Shown piece after piece: positions 12,267-20,070 of a DNA stretch of 64,000 nt (position 1 is the stretch's first letter; the number at the start of each line of letters is the position of its first letter). Source of the DNA: an uncultured Verrucomicrobiae bacterium (GTDB lineage Bacteria; Verrucomicrobiota; Verrucomicrobiia; Limisphaerales; Palsa-1400); the NCBI GenBank assembly GCA_963702845.1, contig OY969763.1, positions 4,704,001 to 4,768,000 on the forward strand, written 5' to 3'. Both the position numbers and the translations under genes were made by a program. Below the pieces are notes generated by a model, which was given only the letters and a program-made list of their open reading frames with translations, was not told the origin of the DNA and ran no database searches.

Positions 12267-13472
12267 TCAACCACATCGCTCAATCACTGCCACGATTCCC
12301 TGCCCCACCCCAATGCACATCGCGCAAAGTGCGTAACGTGCGTTGGTCCGCTGCAGTTGCCAGGTCGCCGTCGTGATCAACCGCGCCCCGCTCATGCCGA
12401 GAGGATGTCCCAACGCAATCGCCCCGCCTTGCGGATTGATGCGAGGATCATTGTCAGCCAACCCAAGCTCCCGCATAGACGCCAACGCTTGCGAAGCAAA
12501 CGCTTCGTTGAACTCGAGAATATCCATTTGTTCCAGGGACATCTTCAAACGCGCCAAAAGTTTTCGCGTCGCCGGCACCGGCCCAATGCCCATGATGCGC
12601 GGGGAAACACCTGCAGCGGCAACACCCAACACGCGCGCTTTGGGCACGAGATTGAATTGCTTCACCGCCGACTCACTTCCAATCAGCAACCCCGCCGCAC
12701 CGTCATTAATTCCAGATGCGTTCCCAGCCGTGACCGTCCCATCCCGTCGCACGATAGGTTTCAGTTCTGCCAATTTTTCAAGCGTAGTCGCGCGCGGATG
12801 TTCATCACGTTTTACAACGATTGGTTCACCTTTGCGTTGCGGCAAACAAACCGAAATCAGTTCGGCATCGAACAATCCGTTCGCCTGCGCGGTGGCGGCT
12901 TTGGTCTGACTCCAAAAAGCAAACTTGTCCTGGTCTTCGCGACTGATCCCAAATTTCGCCACTAAATTCTCAGCCGTCTCCGCCATCGAATCCGTCCCGT
13001 AAAGCTCCTGCATTCGTTTGTTCACGAAATGCCAACCGAGCGTCGTGTCATAAATCTCAGCCTGTCGCGAAAACGCCTCCGTTGGTTTCGGCATCACATA
13101 AGGCGCGCGCGACATGCTTTCCACTCCGCCCGCAATCATCAAATCAGCTTCACCCGCTGCGATCGCCCGCGCCGCATAACCCACCGCATCCATCCCCGAA
13201 CCACACAACCGATTCACCGTGCAACCAGAAATTGATTCAGGAAGTCCGGACAACAACGCCGCCATTCGAGCCACGTTTCGGTTGTCCTCACCAGCTTGAT
13301 TCGCACATCCTAAAACCACGTCGTCCACCGCCGTCCAATCAACGCTCGGATTGCGCTCCATCAATGCCTTGATTGGCAATGCCGCCAGGTCATCGGCACG
13401 AATGCTCGACAACGCGCCGCCATAACGCCCAATCGGCGTCCGCACCGCATCGCAAATATAGGCTGCGTTCAT
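12267..13472 (-). CDS. pcaF: 3-oxoadipyl-CoA thiolase-like (PcaF/PaaJ subfamily)
   Basis: GCANQAGEDNRNVARM, NRLCGSG, NEAFA, GHPLG, CIGVGQG. Confidence 0.9.
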   Translation of the reverse strand: MNAAYICDAVRTPIGRYGGALSSIRADDLAALPIKALMERNPSVDWTAVDDVVLGCANQAGEDNRNVARMAALLSGLPESISGCTVNRLCGSGMDAVGYAARAIAAGEADLMIAGGVESMSRAPYVMPKPTEAFSRQAEIYDTTLGWHFVNKRMQELYGTDSMAETAENLVAKFGISREDQDKFAFWSQTKAATAQANGLFDAELISVCLPQRKGEPIVVKRDEHPRATTLEKLAELKPIVRRDGTVTAGNASGINDGAAGLLIGSESAVKQFNLVPKARVLGVAAAGVSPRIMGIGPVPATRKLLARLKMSLEQMDILEFNEAFASQALASMRELGLADNDPRINPQGGAIALGHPLGMSGARLITTATWQLQRTNARYALCAMCIGVGQGIVAVIERCG

Positions 13473-14815
13473 TTTGTCGTTGCCGTCGTCTTTACGTCGG
13501 GAAGTTTAGAATCCTTTACTTGTTTGAGCCCCGTCTTTAGCGCAACGCAAAGCTCATCGATTTCGGTCTCTGTCATCGGCGTCGACAGCGTCCCAGTGCC
13601 GGTCCACATGAGCATCACATTCTTGACGAAGAGATGATCCACTAGCGTATGCAAGCACTTCGCCTGTTCCGGCGTTGCATACGCTTCGCGATAATTGTTC
13701 GGCGGTTCAGTTTTGAAATGGATTCGGAACATCGAACCCGCTCCAGTGACGCACGCCGGAACGCCAGCTTCACAGATCGTTGCCGCAATTTGCGATCGCG
13801 CTTGGGCGCCAAGTTTGTTTAATCGTGCAACAGCCGGACGATCGAACGCATTCATAGCGGCGAGGCCTGCTACCATCGTGATGGGATTCGCCGAGAACGT
13901 GCCCGAGTGCGGGAACAAAACGCGTTCCAACAATGGATTGAATACATCCATCACATCCGCGCGGCCGGCGATGGCACCAACGGGAAAACCGCCGCCGATG
14001 ATCTTGCCCAGTGCGGTCAAATCCGGCTCCAAGCCATACCATTGCAGCGCGCCGCCGTATTCGCTACGAAACGTGATCACTTCGTCAAACACCAGCAACG
14101 CATCGTGCGTCGTCGTCCATTTGCGCAACGCATTCACAAAATCCTGCGTCGCCGGGATAACACCGACCCGGTGCGGCATAGGATCGATCAGCACGCACGC
14201 AAGGTCATCGGCGTGCTCATCGAGGAGCGCAAGTGCGGTTTCCGGATCGTTGAACGGAAGAACGACAACTTCATCCAATGCCGATTGCGGCGTCCCGTGT
14301 ACCACCGGCACGCTCCGTGGATGATTGGCATCACCCCAATTCGCGGGGTGCGCCGATTGGCTCGTCTCCGCATAGTCGTAGATGCCGTGATACGCGCCTT
14401 CGACCTTCGCGATCTTCGGACGGCCGGTAAATGCACGCGCCGCTTTCAAGCAACACATCACCGCCTCTGTCCCGGAATTAACAAATCGAATTTTCTCAAA
14501 CGCCGTCGAGCGTGAACACATGTATTCCGCCAACAAAATTTCCTCTTCCGTCGCATACGAATACGCGGTGCCGCGTTGCAATTGCTTTGTCACCGCCTCG
14601 ACGATCGCCGGATGCGAATGGCCATGGATCAGCGACGTCATGTTGTTCGCAAAATCGATGCGTGTGACGCCTTCAATATCGGTGAACCGACAGCCTTTGC
14701 CGTGACTGGTATAAATCGGATGCGGCTTGCTCAGCACGGCGTTCCGACTCACGCCGCCGGGCAAAACGCGAACGGCACGCTGATACAGTTGACTGCTCTT
14801 CGATGAGTGGCTCAC
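13469..14815 (-). CDS. Class III PLP aminotransferase, GSAM-fold, beta-amino-acid transaminase-like
   Basis: FVNSGTEA, FDEVIT, LGKIIGGGFPVG, SGTFSANP; PGGVSR instead of HemL PGGVNSPVR; no HemL AGSG gating loop. Confidence 0.85.
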   Translation of the reverse strand: MSHSSKSSQLYQRAVRVLPGGVSRNAVLSKPHPIYTSHGKGCRFTDIEGVTRIDFANNMTSLIHGHSHPAIVEAVTKQLQRGTAYSYATEEEILLAEYMCSRSTAFEKIRFVNSGTEAVMCCLKAARAFTGRPKIAKVEGAYHGIYDYAETSQSAHPANWGDANHPRSVPVVHGTPQSALDEVVVLPFNDPETALALLDEHADDLACVLIDPMPHRVGVIPATQDFVNALRKWTTTHDALLVFDEVITFRSEYGGALQWYGLEPDLTALGKIIGGGFPVGAIAGRADVMDVFNPLLERVLFPHSGTFSANPITMVAGLAAMNAFDRPAVARLNKLGAQARSQIAATICEAGVPACVTGAGSMFRIHFKTEPPNNYREAYATPEQAKCLHTLVDHLFVKNVMLMWTGTGTLSTPMTETEIDELCVALKTGLKQVKDSKLPDVKTTATTK

Positions 14816-15480
14816 GACTTCATCCTCGAAAGTAAATTGGTTCCAGTCCGCTTCTGCACCTGGTCGAAGTTCACACCAGGAGCAAGGTCGGCCACGATGA
14901 GACCTTCGGGTGTAACATCGATGACCGCAAGGTTCGTGTATATACGATCAACGACTGCTTTGCCAGTCAGCGGATACGTGCAGTGCTCAACGATTTTTGG
15001 CTCCCCGTTTTTGGTGGTGTGCTCGGTGATGACAAAAATTTTCTTAACGCCCCCGACCAGATCCATTGCGCCACCCACCGCTGGAATCGCAACCGGCTCA
15101 CCTGTTGACCAATTAGCCAAATCACCCGTTGCTGAAACCTGCATCGCGCCCAGCACGCAAATATCGATGTGCCCGCCACGAATCATCACGAAACTATCCG
15201 CATGATGAAAATAGGACGCCCCCGCAATCGCCGTCACCGCTTTTTTGCCGGCGTTGATCAACTCCGGGTCTTCGTTGCCCGGAATCGGAGCGGGTCCCAT
15301 CCCGAGCAATCCATTTTCTGTTTGAAAAATTACTTCGCGCCCGGCCGGGACGTATTGCGCAACCAATTCCGGAATTCCAATTCCAAGATTCACATACGCG
15401 CCGTCCTGAATGTCCGCAGCGACACGTTGCGCCATCTGCTCACGCGTCCACCCGTAAGTTGATTTTGCCACAGCGCTCAT
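14812..15480 (-). CDS. pcaJ: 3-oxoacid (3-oxoadipate-type) CoA-transferase subunit B
   Basis: VNLGIGIP, catalytic ENG (QTENGLLG), GGHID, GGAMDL. Confidence 0.85.
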   Translation of the reverse strand: MSAVAKSTYGWTREQMAQRVAADIQDGAYVNLGIGIPELVAQYVPAGREVIFQTENGLLGMGPAPIPGNEDPELINAGKKAVTAIAGASYFHHADSFVMIRGGHIDICVLGAMQVSATGDLANWSTGEPVAIPAVGGAMDLVGGVKKIFVITEHTTKNGEPKIVEHCTYPLTGKAVVDRIYTNLAVIDVTPEGLIVADLAPGVNFDQVQKRTGTNLLSRMKS

Positions 15481-16187
15481 GGATAACTCCTGTCTTCTCT
15501 TACCAATTGCGATTCCTGCGCCGGATTCGCAACCACAATGAGCCGGTTCACAAAAATACCGGGCGTCACAATGTCTTCCGGATCAAGTTCGCCCGCTTCC
15601 ACAATTTCTTTCACTTGCACGATTGCGATCTTCGCCGCCGTGCACATGATCGGCCCAAAATTCCGCGCCGTCTTGCTGTAGACAAGATTACCATGTCGGT
15701 CCGCCTTCTCCGCCTTGATCAGAGCAAAGTCGGCAATCAACCCGCGTTCCATCACGTATTCGCGCTCGCCGAACGTGCGCGATTCTTTTCCATTGGCGAG
15801 CACCGTCCCGACCGATGTCGCCGTGTAAAATGCCGGAATCCCAGCGCCTCCCGCACGAATGCGCTCAGCCAACGTCCCTTGTGGCACAAGCTCCAGCTGA
15901 ATCTCGCCTTTGCGATACAGCTCGGGAAACACCATCGAATTCGCGCTCCGCGGATACGAACAAATCATCTTCGCGACCTGTCGATTTGCAATCAACGCCG
16001 CCAAGCCAACGCGTCCGCTGCCGGTGTTGTTGCTTACGATCGTCAGATTCTTCGCCCCTCGATCCACTAGTGCATGGATCAACTCAATCGGACTGCCGGC
16101 CTCACCAAACCCGCTGATCATAATCGTCGCGCCATCGTGGATGTCCGCGACGGACGAAGCCAACGACGTTGCGCGTTTGTTAATCAT
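15477..16187 (-). CDS. pcaI: 3-oxoacid (3-oxoadipate-type) CoA-transferase subunit A
   Basis: MINK start, PQGTLAERIRAGGAGIPAFY, TARNFGP, TPGIFV. Confidence 0.85.
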   Translation of the reverse strand: MINKRATSLASSVADIHDGATIMISGFGEAGSPIELIHALVDRGAKNLTIVSNNTGSGRVGLAALIANRQVAKMICSYPRSANSMVFPELYRKGEIQLELVPQGTLAERIRAGGAGIPAFYTATSVGTVLANGKESRTFGEREYVMERGLIADFALIKAEKADRHGNLVYSKTARNFGPIMCTAAKIAIVQVKEIVEAGELDPEDIVTPGIFVNRLIVVANPAQESQLVREDRSYP

Positions 16188-17847
16188 CGCAAGCGCTCCT
16201 GGCAGGTCGCACGTCCTTCGCCGCGGTTGCAGATGCACGGCCTGCCTTTTGTTGTGCGACGTACTTTTCCTGCACGCGGCTCAACTTCTCTTCGATCTGA
16301 TGCAACTCGCCCTCAAAGAAAAACTCCTTCGTATCCAAAGGCACCAACTTATCGACGCGCGTCTCTGTCTCGTCGAACTTCGCGAGGAACACCTTGTCCA
16401 TCCAGGCCATGTTGCGGCTCTCATTGAACTTCAGCGCAAACGCTTTTTGCCCGTTCACCTCCGCCGTGCCCAGGATGGAAAGTTTCCCAGCCGACGTCGT
16501 CATGGTTATGTAACGTGACGGACGATGGAATGACGACAGCGACCGATAAATCAGGTTCGCGACCTTCTCGATGGACGCCAACGGCGCGGTAAAATAGTGA
16601 TATTCGCCCGTGTTGCGTGCGCAATACATCGAATGAAACCGGATGTTCAGCACCGCCAAAATATGCGCGAGATCAACCCAGTTTTGCGCCGAACGCTGCA
16701 CGTCTACCTTGCCGGCCTTGTCCGTATAAAGGCTGACGTGATTCATGATCGGGCTTTGGCTCCGAATGACCACGCCATAGTTCTGCAACCGGCGCATCGC
16801 AGCGAGCGTTGTTGGATTCAATAACTCACGCGGTGTCGAAATGTGAGCCACCCACGAAAGCTGCACGCCATTCTCATGCACCTTCTGGAACAACTTGAGA
16901 ACCTTTTCGTATTTGTTGCTCAAAATCAGTTCCGGTTGAAACGTCAAGGCGCGCGACGCGATACGGATCGTGCGAATGTGCAACAACCGCGGGTCCTCCA
17001 AAATCGGCAAAACATATTGCTCCAGCCGCTCGTATGGAATGTAAGCCGCATCACCGCCGGTGATCAGCAAGTCACTAACTTCCTTGTGCTCGCGCAGATA
17101 CTCGTGGATTTGCGCGATGTCCTCTTGGATGAACATGTCGTGATCACCGCGCACCTGTGCGTGACGGAAACAATACGTGCAAAACGCAAAACAAGTCTGC
17201 GTGCTTTGGTCGAAAACCAATTGCGTCTGCGGATATTTATGCTGACTACCTTCCAGCAACTCGATTCCGCCATTATCCCGTTCAATCCACGGCTTGTTGA
17301 GCAACTGATGCCCGTCGTGTGGATTGGTTTCCTCCATGTATTCGTCAATCACCCGCTTTCGATCCGCCTCGGTCTTCGCAAGCAGATACGCCTCCGTCAC
17401 CTTCTTACGCATCATCGTCGGTTGCGGGAAAACGAGCTGATACATCGGATCATGCTCGTAATCATTCCAATTAATTGTGTTCAGAATGTGCCGCGTCGCC
17501 TTGAACCGGTAAACTTCCACGAACAATTCGCGCTCCGTAATCCGGTCGAGCTTGACCCCATTCTTCGCCAGGATCGCCACCACTTCCCGGAACCCTTGCA
17601 ACTCCGAATACTGCGCGCGGTCATTGAACAAAAACGGGCGCGCTTCCAACAACCCAGAGTGCTGCGGATAAGCTACTTGCAACCGGCTCAGCACACCGTG
17701 CGGCAGAAGATTTTCCGTATCGATGATCGTGCGGACTTCATTCGAATACTCATAACGTTTGAGCATGCCAGCGCGTTGCTCCGCGCTCACCGTCGAACCA
17801 ATGGTCGCCCGGCCGCCCTTTTCGGGCTCAACAGTAGAATTTTTCAT
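16180..17847 (-). CDS. KamA-family radical SAM/PLP 2,3-aminomutase, substrate probably not lysine
   Basis: HKYP, CFAFCTYCFR (CxxxCxxC), LITGGD, QSPI, AGK (PLP-lysine position). Confidence 0.88.
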   Translation of the reverse strand: MKNSTVEPEKGGRATIGSTVSAEQRAGMLKRYEYSNEVRTIIDTENLLPHGVLSRLQVAYPQHSGLLEARPFLFNDRAQYSELQGFREVVAILAKNGVKLDRITERELFVEVYRFKATRHILNTINWNDYEHDPMYQLVFPQPTMMRKKVTEAYLLAKTEADRKRVIDEYMEETNPHDGHQLLNKPWIERDNGGIELLEGSQHKYPQTQLVFDQSTQTCFAFCTYCFRHAQVRGDHDMFIQEDIAQIHEYLREHKEVSDLLITGGDAAYIPYERLEQYVLPILEDPRLLHIRTIRIASRALTFQPELILSNKYEKVLKLFQKVHENGVQLSWVAHISTPRELLNPTTLAAMRRLQNYGVVIRSQSPIMNHVSLYTDKAGKVDVQRSAQNWVDLAHILAVLNIRFHSMYCARNTGEYHYFTAPLASIEKVANLIYRSLSSFHRPSRYITMTTSAGKLSILGTAEVNGQKAFALKFNESRNMAWMDKVFLAKFDETETRVDKLVPLDTKEFFFEGELHQIEEKLSRVQEKYVAQQKAGRASATAAKDVRPARSACDD

Positions 17848-18030
17848 TTGGATCGGTTATCTGATTGTTTAGCTACCTAATCAATCATCTGCACCGACCG
17901 CAGCTCGGGCTAACCCTTTATTGCCATTGCTTTGACATAAATTGTCCGCACCAAAAACCCAGGGCCAGTAGGCCAAGTAGCACCCAACCTTGACCACACA
18001 CTGCGCGCTGGATAGCGTCCACGAATTCCT

Positions 18031-20046
18031 ATGCTTTTACTCCGTGCTGCGGTCTCGCTGTTGATTCTTGGTTCGGCATTAGCGTCAGAGAGCGGCGCGT
18101 CGGCGGAAGTTGTGTTGGCGCGATCAAAGCACTCGACGTGGGTTATCGAACCGATTTCTACAAATGTCGCCGGCGTCACGTTTGCGACGGAGGAGTTGCA
18201 AAAATATTTACGGCAAATGGGTGGAGCAAAATTGGCGATCGTTTCAAAGGCCGCTCAACGCAAAGCGATTGTTATCGGGTTGCGTGCCGATTTTCCGACA
18301 GACGTTGAACACGTTTTGCCACCGCAAAAGCCCGGATACGATGGCTATGCAATTTCCATTCGAGACGACGGCATCGTGATCGCGGGCGACAACGGCCCGG
18401 GCTGCATTTACGGCGTCTACGACCTTCTTGAGCATCTCGGCTGCCGCTGGTTTTACCCCACCATCGATCCGAAGGACCCCGAAGTTGTTCCAAAATTTTC
18501 CACCGTCTCACTAAAAACAAATGCATGGGCAATCGCCTCGCCCATTCGCAACCGGATTTGCAACGGGGACGCGTGGTTTTTCGAAATGGATTATTCCGCA
18601 GCGCTCAAGGAAATGGATTGGGCGATGAAGAATCGGTACAACGCAATGGGCTGGCAGGCCGCCGTGAACACCAGCAAACGATCGTTGTTGCAACAATACA
18701 ACGATCTTGGCCGGGCCGGAATCACCAGCGGAATCGAAAAGCGCGGCATGTTCATTCATGGCCCGGCACATTCGTTCGATCATTTTTTGAAATCGGACAT
18801 TTACTTCGCGAAGCACCCCGAATGGTTCGGCATGCGTAACGGAAAACGCGTTCCGCAGGCAGCGCTCGGAGCCCAGTTTTGCTGGTCCAATCCCGAAGCG
18901 CGCGCCCAGTTTATTGCCAACGCGGAGGCGTTCATCACCAATGCGCCCGACATCAAAATTTTTTGCACGGTCCCGTTTGATGGCGGTGTGGCGTGCGATT
19001 GCCCGGAGTGCCGCAAGCAAGGACCGAGCAATTTGTTGATGGTGTTGATGAAGGAATTGATCGAGCGGTTGCAGCGGTCGCGACCAGATGTGCAGGTCGA
19101 AACCGTCGGCGGCTACGGAGCAGTGCCGAACCCGCCGTCAAACCTCGCGATCATTCATCCGAAACAGCGGATCGTCTGGGCTCAGTGGGGCCGCCACCAC
19201 GGTATCGGCTACGACGATGCGAAATACGAGCGGCACAACCTGGACCTTTGGCGCGTTGCAGCAAAAGGCGGGCTGACGATTTGCCAATATTACACCGACA
19301 ACTTCGCCGAACCGTGGGTGATGGGTCCTTTCACCACGGCAATGCAAAGTGACCGGCGCTATTTTCTGAAGCACAAGGTCGACGCGGTTTATATGTTGAT
19401 GTATTCGCCCGGATACTGGTGGAACCACAGTTTGAACGGTTACATCGCAGGGCACTGCTTTTACGATGCCAGTCTTTCTCCGCGGGACGCGATTTCCGAT
19501 TACGCCCTGCATTATTTTGGAACGAACGCGGGACCGGCTTTGGCCAAATATTACGGAGAATGGGCGGACAACATTGAGTTGAGTTATCGCCTACGTGGTG
19601 AAGCGCGGAAACAGGACAGAATAACACTGGCACGAGAGCGCCAGGATCTGATTGCGCCAGCCGTTGCTGCGGCGAGAACTTCAGTCGAACGCTATCGCGT
19701 GGCAAAAGTAGAAATGTTGCATGGTCTGGCCGAGCAGTTGTACGAGTTGCATCGGCAGCACGATTTGGTGAGGTGGTTACGGATGCAGGGAAAATTTGAT
19801 GACGCTACACGGATGCTGACGAAATCCCGCACGACTGCGGATGAGACGTTGAAGCTATTCCTCAAAATCGCCAACACGAAGGAGGGCTTGATCGACGCCA
19901 ATGAGGTGCGCGGATTCATCACGCTGGCGATGAAAAATTGGATTGAGGAAGAGGCAAAAGCGATTGCCGCAAAAGACCGCACGCGCCCGGCATGGTTGGA
20001 CCGCGATCTTGCGGAAACCGAAGTTAAGCCCGGTGAACCGTTTTAA
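18031..20046 (+). CDS. Secreted DUF4838-like protein (GH67/GH20 N-terminal-like domain plus putative catalytic domain)
   Basis: Signal peptide; ELQKYL..GCIYGVYDLLEHLGCRW; HPEWF, QFCWSNP, CDCPEC pattern. Confidence 0.65.
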   Translation: MLLLRAAVSLLILGSALASESGASAEVVLARSKHSTWVIEPISTNVAGVTFATEELQKYLRQMGGAKLAIVSKAAQRKAIVIGLRADFPTDVEHVLPPQKPGYDGYAISIRDDGIVIAGDNGPGCIYGVYDLLEHLGCRWFYPTIDPKDPEVVPKFSTVSLKTNAWAIASPIRNRICNGDAWFFEMDYSAALKEMDWAMKNRYNAMGWQAAVNTSKRSLLQQYNDLGRAGITSGIEKRGMFIHGPAHSFDHFLKSDIYFAKHPEWFGMRNGKRVPQAALGAQFCWSNPEARAQFIANAEAFITNAPDIKIFCTVPFDGGVACDCPECRKQGPSNLLMVLMKELIERLQRSRPDVQVETVGGYGAVPNPPSNLAIIHPKQRIVWAQWGRHHGIGYDDAKYERHNLDLWRVAAKGGLTICQYYTDNFAEPWVMGPFTTAMQSDRRYFLKHKVDAVYMLMYSPGYWWNHSLNGYIAGHCFYDASLSPRDAISDYALHYFGTNAGPALAKYYGEWADNIELSYRLRGEARKQDRITLARERQDLIAPAVAAARTSVERYRVAKVEMLHGLAEQLYELHRQHDLVRWLRMQGKFDDATRMLTKSRTTADETLKLFLKIANTKEGLIDANEVRGFITLAMKNWIEEEAKAIAAKDRTRPAWLDRDLAETEVKPGEPF

Positions 20047-20070
20047 CAAAAATTTACCTCTAATGGCGCG

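Noticed and set aside
12267..16187. Ordinary aromatic-degradation (pca/cat) cluster
   Set aside because: No ring-cleavage, cycloisomerase or lactone hydrolase genes; pcaIJF-like genes are instead coupled to an aminomutase and an aminotransferase.
16180..17847. EF-P beta-lysylation EpmB or lysine-fermentation KamA
   Set aside because: No efp/epmA or kamDE/kdd/kce nearby, and the lysine-binding aspartates appear substituted.
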